Counted from the whole stretch's first letter, positions 32,790 to 46,045 are shown. The stretch is 62,873 bases of DNA, filler included, from Octopus bimaculoides (GCF_001194135.2; 3 parts of 3 records of this genome joined end to end with filler, not necessarily neighbours in it), one strand, 5' to 3'. Made by a program: numbers and translations. The notes: generated from the sequence alone by a model not told the origin.

Positions 32790-34130
32790 TCCTCTATGTA
32801 GTGAGTGCCTTGTCTCTCTTGATGGTGTTCCTATGATTCCATCAGGACGCCAGACATCAAAACTCTGTGGTCCTTTACTGNNNNNNNNNNNNNNNNNNNN
32901 NNNNNNNNNNNNNNNNNNNNNNNNNNNNNNNNNNNNNNNNNNNNNNNNNNNNNNNNNNNNNNNNNNNNNNNNNNNNNNNNAGACGTGGGAAGGAGAATTA
33001 CAAAAGGTGTGGTGGAAAAAAAACAAGCGTCATATATCTTGATTTTTGTTTGGCAAATGTTGGAATCCGTGGAAAACGTCTACGCTGGATTAAGTATTTC
33101 CTGGCGTATAGAACACAAGAAGTTCTGGCCGATGGAGTACACTCAAGCCCAGCAAAAGTCAGCAGTGGTGTTCCTCAGGGGACTGTCTTGGACCCGCTCC
33201 TCTTTATAATTTACATAAATGACCTTTCCAGTGTTGTAAATCACTGCAAAGTGAAAATATATGCTGATGACACTAAGCTCCAAGCAAATCATCAATGAAG
33301 AAGAATACCTAACTCAATTCCAGTCTGCTCTATATGCTGTGAGTCAATGGGCAGACAAAAACAAAATGAAACTGAACGAGGGAAAGTTTCAGCTGATGCA
33401 TTTTGGAAAAAAGCCTATACTAAAACAGCCATACTCTCTTCCTTCAGGGGAACTGTACACGGCATCCATTAATATTAGAGATTTGGGTGTAATTGTTGAT
33501 AATAATCTCAATTGGAATGCCCACATCAACAATAAGGTCAATATAGCTCGTAGGATGAGCTCCTGGATCTTAAGAACCTTCCGGTCCAGAGAACAAGGTG
33601 TCATTATTCCACTTTCCTCCTCCTTTGTACGGCCACACCTCGAATACTGCTGCCCCTTGTGGTCTCTCCATACAAAGCAAACCATCTCGAGGATTGAATC
33701 ACCACAGAGGGCACTCACTAAACGAATTGAAGGTATGACTGATCTCGATTACTGGGACCGCTTTAAAGCCTTGAAACTCTACTCTCTCCAGCGCCGCCGT
33801 GAGCGGTACATCATTTGTCCGATGTGGAGAATATACCACCAGCATTGCCCAAACGACCTGAACATTAGTTTTAAGGTTCATCCAAGGCTGGGACCACGGG
33901 TCATAGTCCCCTGCCCAATTCAAGATAACAACATATAGGTACACTGCGACACAACTTCTTTTCCTCAACAGGCTCTGCCCTGTTTAACACTGTGCCAAAA
34001 CTGATTAAAGAGGAAAAGGATCCCATCACCTTTAAACGGAGTCTGGACAGATTTCTTCAAGGAATACCACATAAGCCACCCATACCTGGATACAACTCAC
34101 TCAACAAGAACTCACTACTTGAATGGACCA
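32790..34130 (+). mobile_element. CR1-clade LINE ORF2 fragment (RT and C-terminus), frameshifted
   Basis: VIYLDF...SGVPQGTVLDPLLFIIYINDL...IYADDTKL...RDLGVIVD..L.W..HI...VRPHLEYCCPLWS...IESPQRALTKRI...LKLYSLQRRRERY. Confidence 0.95.
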
Positions 34131-34189
34131 TAAACAAAATTTACATATTGCAAAATCTTATCTGATAAATATTTTCATCTGCCTAGAAA

Positions 34190-35470
34190 ACAGACATGGA
34201 CAGTTCAGCTAACTGTGTCAGCGTTCCCGTGTTCCAGTTAGAAATGGAATCTCCACCATAACCAACACCGAACACGTCAAACAAAAGAAAACATTGATGC
34301 ACTCACACATTTGAACAACAATACGCATACTGACGCAAGCTTTCCTTCCGAACAAGTGAGAAAGGAAGGCAGAGAGATGAACGGTACAACCACCTCTATT
34401 ACCTCTCCTGTTACTACCAGTTACAAAAACCACTACCACCAGCAACAATACAATTGACAAACCGAATAACTTTGCAGCTATTTTAATACAAAAAAGACAG
34501 AGTCCTTTTCAACAGAAGAACTAATACAGTGCAAAAAATTATTGAACAAACAAAAGAGGACTATAAATCTCAACACCTCAGAAAGTATTTTGCAGGACAT
34601 TTCTAAAAAAACAATAATATATAAAACCCTGAACATAAAGACTAAAAAACTAGAACAAACCACTCAACAAACAGTTGAGAAATGTCTACGGCCCATATGG
34701 GCTTATAAAACATATCACAAGGGGCAAAAAATTTGCCACAATCAAGTTAAGATTTGACACGGAGGAACGCACGAAAGATTTCTCAAGGAAATCCCTCGAA
34801 TGCGAGGACTTGATAATGATTCCCACTTATCTCAGTCGTCGGTTGACGAAGGTGAGAATCAAAGATATACCCCCTGAAATACAAATAAGATGGCTGGAAT
34901 CAGCCGTCTGTTACGATTTCGAAGAAAATTTAAACATATTAGAAATTGCTGTCCCGGAACAGCAAAACTGGGTTGGACAAGGGGTTGAGCTTGTAACTCA
35001 GGCAAATCAGGACAATCGAAAAGTCTCCTAGATTTGATAAAGATACTGGATAGCACGACCCTACATGTCACCGTTGAGGGCAGAAGGACACGTTGCTACC
35101 TTAGTGGTAAGAAAATACTATTTAAAAATAGACTGCAAATTGGCAGAACAACAACAATGACAACAAGAAAACCAGAATCCCAAGAGCAAACCAGTATTGT
35201 TACCCACACCACCGTCAGCACAAAAAAAATGAAGCAGTTCCACGAACAGATGAAAGAACGCCACAAAACAACCAACCAACTAAGCCAATCCAAGCAGTCA
35301 ACACCACCAACAACAGAAACAACACCATTACCACCACCAAAAACAACAGCTATAGAAATACCGAACCCTGAAAAGAAAAAAAAAAGACCAACCCTCATCC
35401 CCAACAACCCATACATCACATCCCAACAGCCACCAGCCAGCTCTAACAACAGCAGCAACATCAACATCAA
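34190..35470 (+). pseudogene. Gag-like LINE ORF1 relic (RRM-like region, degenerate CCHC knuckle, T/P-rich tail)
   Basis: GLIKHITRGKKFATIKLRFDTEE...IPTYLSRRLTKVRIKDIPPEI...HVTVEGRRTRCYLSGKK resembles L1/Tx1-type ORF1 (VEGRxxxCxxCG). Many stops. Confidence 0.6.
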
Positions 35471-38200
35471 CACATTCTCAAATCGACGAAATTCAAAGAC
35501 GACTCACCGATTTGATGAATTCTCCAGAAGAAAAAATCCCCATGAATATGAGAAGGGTAGATAGGAGTATGATGAATAAAGTAACACGAAAGATAAATAC
35601 TGTCATACCATACATCCAGACGGAGGATATAAAACAAACAAGGAATCTTCTTCGAGCTATTGCGCTACTTGTTGAGGAAAAATTACCACTTAAGAGAACC
35701 AAAAAATAATGGAGCAAAAGATCCATGGTGGAAACGACGCAATGAAAGGGACATAATGCGGGAAAGGCAAGATCTAGGAAAAATTGAGAAATGCTTAAGA
35801 GGAAACTGGAAAAATGGGAAAAAGACCGACCGAGAAAAATTAGAGAAGAAATATAAAATACAGAAGAACGGGTTTGATGCAGTAATAGAGCAGTTAAAAC
35901 AGAGGATCATGGCAAAAAGCCAGAAGATCAAAAGATTTGTGAACAGAAATAAGCAGTTCGAGGAGAACGGATTGTTAAAAAACAGCTCGAAGCAATTCTT
36001 CCGAACGAATAGGGAAAATGTTGCTCCTGATGCGAATAAAGCCAAAGAATTCTGGAGCGGATTATAGGGAAACAAAGTGGTGCATAAAATGGATGCAATG
36101 TGGATAGGAACTATCGAGACAGAATTACAAGGAGGAAAGAAACAAAGGAATATTGTCATAAGCACGACTGATGTGAAAGAACAAGTGGGTAAAGTGCCTA
36201 ACTGAAAATGCCCCGGATCAGATGGGATTCATAGCTTCTGACTGAAGACATGCAACGCGATGCATGAAAGACTAGCAGCCCAATTGAATGAGTGTGTCCA
36301 GAAAGGTACAGTCCCCATGTAGATGGTGACTAGGAGGACAACACTTATAATGAAAGATAGAAGAAAGGGGACATTGTGGGAAACTACCGTCCCATAGCAT
36401 GCCTAAACATAATCTGGAAGATACTCATTGGAATATGTGCGGCAAGGACATACTTTCCTGGAACAGGAAGAAATACCATCAAGGAAATAAAAAGGATGGA
36501 GGAAGAGTTCTCAGGGTACCAAGGATCACCTGGTCATCGATAAAACAATTTTGAGGCATTGTAAAAAACATCATACAGACATATCTATAGCGTGGATTGA
36601 CTTTAAGAAGGCATATGATATGATACCTCATTCTTGGATCGTTGAATGCCGGCAGATGTTTGCCTAGCATGAAAGAGTGGAAAATCAAATTGTACTCAAG
36701 TAATGTATTCCTTGGAGAAGTTTATATTAAAAGGGAGAATGTTCCAAGGTGACTCGTTTTCTCCGTTGCTATTTGTATTTGCATTAATACCCATAACAAT
36801 AACACTTGGAAAGTTAAGATGGGTTAAACAATGACACTTGGAAAGTTAAGATGAGTTAAACCATCTTCTGTTTATGGATGACCTGAAATTGTTTGTGAAA
36901 TCTGAAAAACAGATAGATTCCTTAACCAAAAGAGTCCAGAAGTGTTGTACGAACATCGGTATGAAATTTGAGATTACCAAATGCTCAGTACTTAATACGA
37001 AAAGAGAGAAGAAACTTTCCTGCAGAGGATTGCGGCTACCACCAGGAGAGACTATGAGTGAACCCGACGGTAGAGGGTATAGATATTTAGGGATTTTGGA
37101 ACTGGATGACATTCTGCACAGAAAAATCAAGGTCAAGGTCAGCGAGGCGTATCAAAAAAGGGCGAAGATGGTGTTGAAATCCAACCTGAATGCCAAAAAT
37201 TTGATTACCGCAATGAATATCAGATATAGTGCGTCCATCCGCAAATGGACAAATGGGAAATATCATCACTTGATAGAAGGAGAAGAAAGTTGGTGACGCT
37301 GCATGGGGCCCTAGAAAGAATGGTGTCAGAGGACAAATTAGTATAAGAGTGAAGGGAGAGCGCTTGCCTAGTATTTGATAAATAGTGATGAAGACCTGCT
37401 GCGATATGCTGTGAAAGATATGGCTGTAAACCCAGATGAAATGATGGGCAGGGAAGAGTTTAACTAAAGAGTGGAGGAGAAGAGAAAAGAAGACCTTGAA
37501 ATGAGAATGCAAGGACAGTTTGAAAGGAATACATAAGACGTTAAGGATAATACAGCATCGTAGGCATGGATTGAGCGAAGTGATTTGAAGCGTACCACCG
37601 AAAGCCTGATCATTGCTGCACAAGGCCAGGCTCTCGCTACCAATTCAGTGAAGTATAGCATCTATAAAACTTCTGACACCCAGACATGCAGACTCTGTGG
37701 AAAGAGTGTGGAAAACGTGACTCACTTGGTAAGTGGATGTGAGAGCCTCGCACAAAAAGAATACAAGCGTCGCTACGATAAAGTGTTTCTTCATTGGCTC
37801 TTATGTCGTAAATACCATTATGAAGTAACAGAGAACTGGTATGAGCATGTACCAAGTAAATTTATGCAGGAGGATGGAAACTCTGGGACTATGATTTTTA
37901 GATGGATCGTGTAATCGAACACCGTCGGCCGGATATTGTCGTATTGAAATAAGAGAAACAAATATTGTCAGATCATTGATGTAGCCAGACCAAAATGACA
38001 TGAATGTTGTGAGTAAAGGGGTTAAAAAAAGTACTCCGAATTGAAAGTGGAAATGGCAAGACTGTAATGAATACGAGAGGGTAATGTAAAAGTGATACCA
38101 GTGGTGATCGGAGCGTTGGGCTCAATCCCATTGAAACTTCAAAACTTCTTAAGACAACTGGAAATCCCATGCAAGATTGATGCCTTGCAAAAGCAGCCTT
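35470..38200 (+). mobile_element. R4/Dong-clade RLE-type non-LTR retrotransposon, decayed and 3-prime truncated
   Basis: PWWKRR, CPGSDG, YRPIACL, GTKDHLVID, AWIDFKKAYDMIPHSW, FQGDSFSPLLF, HLLFMDDLKLF and YRYLGI (RT); CRLCGKSVENVTHLVSGC (zinc knuckle); HRRPDIV and IPVVIGALG (RLE). Confidence 0.92.
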
Positions 38201-38971
38201 ATTGTTGTTACTATTATCTTTCTTAATACTTTTATTGTTTTCATCTTTGTAATTGCTGGTGTTATTCTTAGTATTATTTCCATTCTTTATATCATCAACT
38301 TTGTAGTTGATATTATAAATTTTGTTTTTACTTATTTTAGATTATATGTTTATAGGTTTAGATCTTTGTGGGGAATCTCTTAGAGTTATTCCCCTTCCTT
38401 CATTTTCCATATAACCTCTATTATCGTTGATACTATCACCTTTTTGATCATTTAGTAATTCATTTTATTTTTTTCCTACTCTGGTTTTCGTAGAAGCTAT
38501 TTAATATGTAACATTTTGTGCAGCAATAATTTGCTATATTTTTTTAGTTGCAGAGGGCCACTCACACTTTGTATGAGTTAATTATTTTGTAGTATTTACT
38601 GTTTACTGAGAAATGTCTTGAAACACACACACACACACACACACACATACATACNNNNNNNNNNNNNNNNNNNNNNNNNNNNNNNNNNNNNNNNNNNNNN
38701 NNNNNNNNNNNNNNNNNNNNNNNNNNNNNNNNNNNNNNNNNNNNNNNNNNNNNNNNNNNNNNNNNNNNNNNNNNNNNNNNNNNNNNNNNNNNNNNNNNNN
38801 NNNNNNNNNNNNNNNNNNNNNNNNNNNNNNNNNNNNNNNNNNNNNNNNNNNNNNNNNNNNNNNNNNNNNNNNNNNNNNNNNNNNNNNNNNNNNNNNNNNN
38901 NNNNNNNNNNNNNNNNNNNNNNNNNNNNNNNNNNNNNNNNNNNNNNNNNNNNNNNNNNNNNNNNNNNNNNN

Positions 38972-39366
38972 AGGGAGTATTTTGGTGTCACATCTATTTC
39001 AGTAATCCCATTATCCGCACTCCAACAATCAGAATATATTGTCGTCCCTGGTTTGATAAATTTTTTAATAAGCGGTAGAACAGTTTCAGAAGAACGGTCT
39101 AAAGACTAAAAACCCATTTTTATCCTCTCTATCCCATCCTCCATTGTATTTGCGCTTGCACATCATAGATTCATCTATTTCTACGATGTACCCAAGTGCA
39201 CCAATTTGGTAGGGGTTTGGTGTAAAAAAATTATTTACTTTGTTTACAAAAAGCCCTCATACATGTTTTGCGCATGACGCGCACTCGCGCTAGGTAGTCG
39301 TAGGATCGACCAATCACGACTAGCTAGCGCTGATGCGCGAGTGTGCGAGTGCGCGCACCGGGACCA
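38972..39366 (-). mobile_element. Merlin (IS1016/IS1595-related) DNA transposon, internally deleted
   Basis: Manual translation QIGALGYIVEIDESMMCKRKYNGG...WVF joined to DRSSETVLPLIKKFIKPGTTIYSDCWSA. These are the Merlin/ISXO2 motifs VEIDES, KRKYNRG and PGTTIxSDxW. The putative end starts GGTCCCGGTGCGC. Confidence 0.88.
39265..39365 (-). promoter_or_regulatory. CpG-rich promoter-like segment at the Merlin 5-prime end
   Basis: CCAAT at 39310-39314 (GACCAATCAC), TGCGCATGACGCGCA at 39269-39283 and repeated GCGCACTCGC, in an AT-rich background. Confidence 0.4.
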
Positions 39367-40924
39367 CTCTTCTTGAATAGTACCTGTTTATCGTATATTT
39401 ACGCACATATTCAAACATACACACATTTGTACGTATGTAAACATACATTCATATAAACGTAGACACGGATAAACTCTAAACAATTTCTAATCAAGTACAT
39501 ATTCGCATTTAAATCTCTAGACTCACGCACAAATGTGGTACTTTTCGTATAAACAGAGTTTCACACACACACGCGCGGGCGCAGCCGGATATTACCGTAA
39601 ATAAAATGCTCCACACAAACCAATTTTGCGTGCCATTCATTTAAACACGTACATATGACCAAATATTACCATTGCTCTCCATACATATGAATGCATAATC
39701 AGTAGGATATATATGTATTGCTTTGTGTTGTATCATGCGAAGCAATTTAATTGTTTATATGCGAAAGTACTTTATTACCTGCTGTTGGTAAATTTAGATG
39801 TTATGTTTATGGTTAACAAAAGTGTGCTTATCAAGTTCAGATGCTTGTACTTTTACATATACATAATATAATGTATAAACAGTAACTTGATTAACCTAGT
39901 TACGAATGTTAGATAATGACAAGATAATACAGAAAAAAGGAAAGGAAAAATAATGATCGATTTAATAGCTCGACTGTGAATACATATAATAAGTTCTGTA
40001 CATATGAACAATTAAAAGATAGAACCCTAGTTACAAGGAAGAGTAGGAAACAGTAAAAGCAAAGCTTACATATTCTGAAAGGCATACACACATATATCTA
40101 GTTTATGGCTCGGAAAACGTATGACTGTTACTATTATTCATTAATCTGTATAAAGATAAAGAAAAGAATAGTTGAAGAATTTTAAATAAACACCCAAATT
40201 AAATTCTGCTGCTCTGTAAGATAGGAAAATAAATTAGCTAATAGATATAATATAAAAATGTTCTTTATAGAATGTGGGAATCCAATAATAAACTCATTAA
40301 ATCTATATCTCTGCAGTTCATTATAGCAAACGCCTCAGTGCAGCACTATGTGGCACGTTTAACCTGCGGATTTATTTTATAAATTTATTGTGATTCAAAT
40401 GAAAATGTCTGAAAAAGAATGAAGGCTAATTTTATTGCTTTTATTGCATTAATTGCATAATTTCGCATGTAATATGAATAAATGACATTCGTCACGAAAA
40501 CGTACATAACATTGATATGACATTATTTTTGCAATTAAAATAAGTATTATTCCCTCTGAGAGGATTATATAATGCCTACTGGATTGGCGAAGTGCTCCTT
40601 TTATAAATGACTAGAGTATAANNNNNNNNNNNNNNNNNNNNNNNNNNNNNNNNNNNNNNNNNNNNTTAATTAATTAANNNNNNNNNNNNNNNNNNNNNNN
40701 NNNNNNNNNNNNNNNNNNNNNACCTTTGAAATATAAACAATGAGAACGACCCTTAAGGAATCTAATAAATGATCCTTTGGGGTGAAGTCTTATGCTATAT
40801 TGGTAGCGATTACGAAATTTACTGGAAAAAAAATATATATATGTATAGCGGTGATGGGGAACAAACACTCTAACACATAGACTCACACACACGCACGCAC
40901 GCACACACAGACACACGTATGTTT

Positions 40925-41300
40925 ATACGACGGGATTCTTTCAGTTTCCATCTACCAAATCCACTCAGCAGGCTTTAGTCAGCCCGAGGCTTTAGTCGAA
41001 AGCACTTGCGCAAGGTGCCACGCAATGAGGCTGAGGCCAAAAACGTGTGTTTGGGAGGCAAACTTCTTACACCACAGTCACGCCCGCTGCACGTATATAA
41101 TTTTATATCTATGTGCCCGAGTCTTTTTGCTTTTGTTGGTCCCACCACACCACTTGACAACCGATCTTTTTACCTTCCTATAAGTTTGTAGTTTGGCAAA
41201 TGAAACCGATAGAATAAGCAGAACAATTTAGAAAAATGTAATAAATCTTGGGTTCGATTCCTTCAAGGCATAGCCCCAGCACGGCTCTAGTCTATAATGT
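40925..41300. mobile_element. SINE D pieces (minus 5-prime half 40925-41090; plus 3-prime part 41110-41300)
   Basis: TCTACCAAATCCACTC...CAAGGTGCCACGCA, then CACCACTTGACAACCGAT...AAACCGATAGAATAAG. Confidence 0.75.
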
Positions 41301-43679
41301 ATCTGGATCCTCATTCAAATATGAAGTAAATATACGTTTCTCCATCACCCACTGCAGTATTGACTTACAGACACCACAAGGCTGGCGCTATGATGTTTTA
41401 TTCGACAGAAAAATGGCGTCATTTTTGTTTTAAATAAGGGTTTTATATAACGTGTTCGGACTGTGATGTAAAATCAAGTACGATATATCTATATTACAAA
41501 ACTGATGGTAATATGCTGAGGTTTCAAAATCAAGCAATAAAAATTAATTTCAGACAAGGAAATTAGAAATTTTTCTCTTTCGTTGAGCCCTATTTTATTG
41601 CAGAATTCTTTTAAGAAATATCGTTACATCTAAGAATTATGTATTCCATAAATGAACTCTCACACACACAACAAACACAAACGCATATTTAAACATATAC
41701 ATATATACATACATACANNNNNNNNNNNNNNNNNNNNNNNNNNNNNNNNNNNNNNNNNNNNNNNNNNNNNNNNNNNNNNNNNNNNNNNNNNNNNNNNNNN
41801 NNNNNNNNNNNNNNNNNNNNNNNNNNNNNNNNNNNNNNNNNNNNNNNNNNNNNNNNNNNNNNNNNNTATATATATTCTACTCTTATGAAAACATTGTTGT
41901 TTGAAGCGTTGTGTGCTTGGAATCATTGATCGTAAAACACTTTGTTCTCTGAAGAAAGAACAACAGGTTTTATATTAGAAATTCCTCTTCTTGTTTATTT
42001 TTCATTTGTGTTGTCAAAGTAGAGTAACGTAATTCTTCATAGTTTTCCGCCGAGAGAGTTTTTAAAGAATAGATCTAACATCAAAGTGTTAAAAATGTGA
42101 GCTAATTGTGAGTGTGTGTGTGTGTGCTTATTTATGACTATTTGCATCGTACCGTACTTGCGAATAAACATACATAAGCGAATGTATATTTGTATTTATG
42201 CGTGCAAATGTTACCACAACACACCCACGTCCATGGCAATACAGTCATCCGTCCCTTTTTTTCTCTCTCTCTCTCTCTCTCTATCTATTTTTATGTCTAT
42301 TTATTTCTCTATCGATCTATGTATCTCTGTGTGTAGGTGAGCGCGTGTGCGCACGCGCGAGTACATGTATGTATATATATGCACAAGAGAGCCCTGCCAC
42401 CTACCACGAGCAGAACAGTGTTGCAGGAGCACAAAGAACCCCTTACTTCCACTCCCAACAGACCACCAGTACCTGAACTAGAGCAAAACACTACCGAGCG
42501 CCCATCGGACTGATCTGTCAGAGCCAGACAGACTGCGCCCTGTCTTCTCTCATGTAAAATCCTTGGTCATCGTCGACAGAGACGGACGATCTAATTTATA
42601 AACGTATGCATATACAAAGTCTTATTTAAGTATATATTAACATACACACACACGCGTATTATTCATGTGTGTGCTTATTCAACTAATTGTACATATGGTG
42701 ATTGCTCCATCTTCACCGATGTTGCCATCTATTACATTTCTGACATTCTATCCGTGACCTCTTAGGTAACAAACGGAAGCTGTAATATATTGTGTGCTTC
42801 CAACTGGTTTGGTCTGCGCATGTCACCTTCTTTTATCGCCATAGGACTTTCAGTCGATGGGATGTAAATTGAGATCCCCATAAAGAGATAACTGTACGCC
42901 AGTGGAATATGTTGTATTACACGACTACCACACTCTGTGACAGATTATTTAGTACCGAGCACCGAAGGCCGAAGAGACATGACTAGGAATCCCGTGAATC
43001 TACAGTTTTTCATTAGAGTGTCCCTCTCTTAGACGGATGTTGCGCCCACAGTTAGTGTTCCCTCACTCCTGGTGATTCTACTGCACAGCCTGGTACAGAC
43101 CAAAGGTATCTCTGCGTCCACGCGCGCAGATTTAATACCATCACATATACAGGTTAAATAATAGCTAAGATCCTGACAGGGGCCACAATGGATGTGAGGG
43201 ATTTCCGCCAAACACTGGAAAGCCCCAGCAGGATGCATTTTATTGTTATACTCGGGATTTTGATTCTACATACACCATTGTGTATACATGCATATATACA
43301 TATACCAATCCGCATGGGCATATGCAGAATTATGAATACTCGCGTACACATACAGACACATACACACGCATATATATATAGGTCTGTGTGTATGTATAAG
43401 CCTACGTGGTAGAAATACAACCATGCCAAATTTAACGACTTATCATAAAAATGATGTAAAAGATGTTGTCTTAAAAATCTTAGCTCAGAGTTTCAAAGAA
43501 ATCAGCTGCGACTGCGCAGGGCAAAACCGCTCCTGAAAATGCAGAGAGAGAGGCAAAGAGATAGATCTGTCTCATTTAACATCCTTTTTCAGGTCATAGC
43601 TGTTTGCAGGTGACACCAGACGTAATATTCCGTTGGGAGATTGTTACTTCCTTCCATTAACACTGAATAGCTAATTTTA

Positions 43680-44570
43680 TTTTCGATGGAATGAGGGAAG
43701 TTGTGGAAAACTCCCGGCCAGGATCTGTTCGAGGGCCATCTGACTTCATTAATGGGATTTTCAAAAACTGTCCCCTACTGCTGAAGAGACTGGCACCACT
43801 TATAAGTTTTACCTGGAAGAATCAGGAATCTTGTCTCAGGACACCAGCAGAGGAATGTTTGTCCCAAATGAAGAAAATTCAGCAGTTCTGTGAGAAAGAT
43901 ATTTTGGTCCATCATAGCGAAAAGATTAACAAAAATACTTCTGACCAACGAGTGCATCGTGACTAGTGTCCAAAAATCCGGAATCCTATTTTAAGCAGGG
44001 TCCCTGGGCCATACATCAACAATCACCCACATCATTAAGGAGGCAAAGAAGAACAACAACATACTCTAAGTGGCATGGTTGGATCTTGCTGAAGGTTACC
44101 CAACTGTACCCCCATCAGCTAATGCTAAGTACCCTGGAGTAATACTACCAAGTCCCAACAGCAGTAGTCAAATTTGTAACATCGCACAGGATTTCCCTGA
44201 AACCGAGGTTCAATGTAAGAAATTTCATCATCAAATGGTAGAGACTAGAAAAGGGCATTACGGCATGGTGTATAATTTCCGTGCCCCAATTCGTGGCGGC
44301 AAAAATCCTACCGCTAGAAGTGGGATTGAAACAGCCCTGATGACCTGAAATTGATACTGACAAGAGGTTTCGAGTCTGCTGGGAATTCATGGCTGACCTA
44401 ATGGTCATGTTCATCGGTCCAAGAGACAGGGCAGCCACTGATCTTGCTGGAAAACATGGCTTCAGGATTATGTATAAGGTTTAATCTAGAAAAATCTCGG
44501 AGTTTGTGTATTCTCAAAAGAAGGTTCACAAATAACATATTCAGCATCCAAAGATGTTGATAAGCAAACA
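43680..44570 (+). pseudogene. HERO/NeSL-type RLE non-LTR RT fragment
   Basis: GPS...FKNCPLLLKRL, KIFWSIIAKRLTK.LL.N..I.TSVQKSGI, VAWLDLAEGYPTVPHQL, RLEKGITAWCIISV, SPDDL and FNLEKSRSL match the HERO pattern (KNCPKLL, KIFFSIVARRL, VQKGGIPG, WLDLANAYGSIPH, GIITGCTIS, KSRSL). Confidence 0.8.
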
Positions 44571-45015
44571 AATAGCTCATCAGTTTTGCTGTAAAGATAG
44601 CTTTTAAGCTATGATGCAGTGTTTTGTGTCTGTCTACGCATGTGAATACGTACGTGTGAGTGCGCACGTATATTTGGCGATATTCTAAGATTACAAAATA
44701 TATATTTCATTTACGCAGAATCATAAAATTTTATAACTTTATCGAAAAATCGATAAGTAAAATTTTATTTCCTCTTTACTTTCACAACCAGCTCTTTAGA
44801 TCCTAATGCATTATATTCAATAACATCAACAGGAATTTTATATTTAAGAAATTTCTTATTGTTTTATTATTTTGCTTAGCTCAAACGAATTTGTCAAGGT
44901 TTTGTGTTGTAATATTTTACGTAATCTGTAGTGGATTATAGAAAATGCAGATAATTATTGCATACAAACCTAAAAGCAATAACTATGCATAACCATATAA
45001 CAAAGACAGCCACTG

Positions 45016-45056
<41 letters not shown>

Positions 45057-45782
45057 CACACACACACACATACACACACACAGAGAGAAATAAACACACA
45101 TACACACTCGTACACACATATATATGCATAATAGGTGCATAAATATGTGTATATGTGAATGAATGTATGTACAATCGATTTGAATAATTAATATTGCTGA
45201 CAGTGTGAGTTCTAATTAAATACCCTAATAATTGCTGGTATTCATTGTTGCCATCAATGCGGAAAGGACACAAAAATATTAGTTAGGGTTGGGCATTAGT
45301 AATATTGTTATCTGACAGAACCTACTGAAATGATATTGGTGTAGCGGATATAAATGTCGTATCAATTTCCCCCCGTTATTCTACTGTGCCTTCTTTACGT
45401 TGTAACAGCAATGTTTCTTGATACATCAGCGTTCCTACTTTTCGGTGGTCTTACTTCTCGTTGTAGTATTCCTTGAGTATTTCTAATAATGCTTAATAAA
45501 CTGAGACACTATCATTATTAATCTTCAAATACAGTTGCACTTACATTCCAACTGTATTCTGAATATTGGAAATTTAACCGTTTCCTTTGTGTAGGTATAG
45601 ATAATTATTATTATTTCTTTCGTTGTTGCTGCTTAAATCAATGTTATTTCTAAAATTAAAGGTTATTCCGTTCGAGTATCTCGCTTTCTTTCTGTTGCCA
45701 AGAAATTCAAGACCTCATTCAACATTGTATTCTTCCTCAGGCAGCTGAGTGTGATTAATGGAATATTTTGATGATTTTCATT

Positions 45783-46045
45783 GCTAAATGTGGCTTAGTA
45801 GATAAGATGCAGGACTCATGATCGTAAGATTATGGTTTTGATTCCTGGACCTGAAGATCCGTTGTGTTCTTATGCAAAATACTCCATTTCAAGTTCCTCC
45901 AGTCCACTCAACTGGCGAAAATGAATAATCCTGCGACGGACCGGCACCCCAGCCAGGTAGGGAATTTATACGCCATTGAAATCAGGAGGAACCCGGCCCA
46001 ATGGGTCTATATGACTCGAGTAGGGACTTTACTACTTTACTACTG
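45783..46045 (+). mobile_element. SINE family F, full length with (TTTAC)n-like tail
   Basis: Head TGTGGCTTAGTAGATAAG...GGTTTTGATTCCTGGACC; body GACGGACCGGCACCCAGCCAGG; homologous to 27540-27751. Confidence 0.75.
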
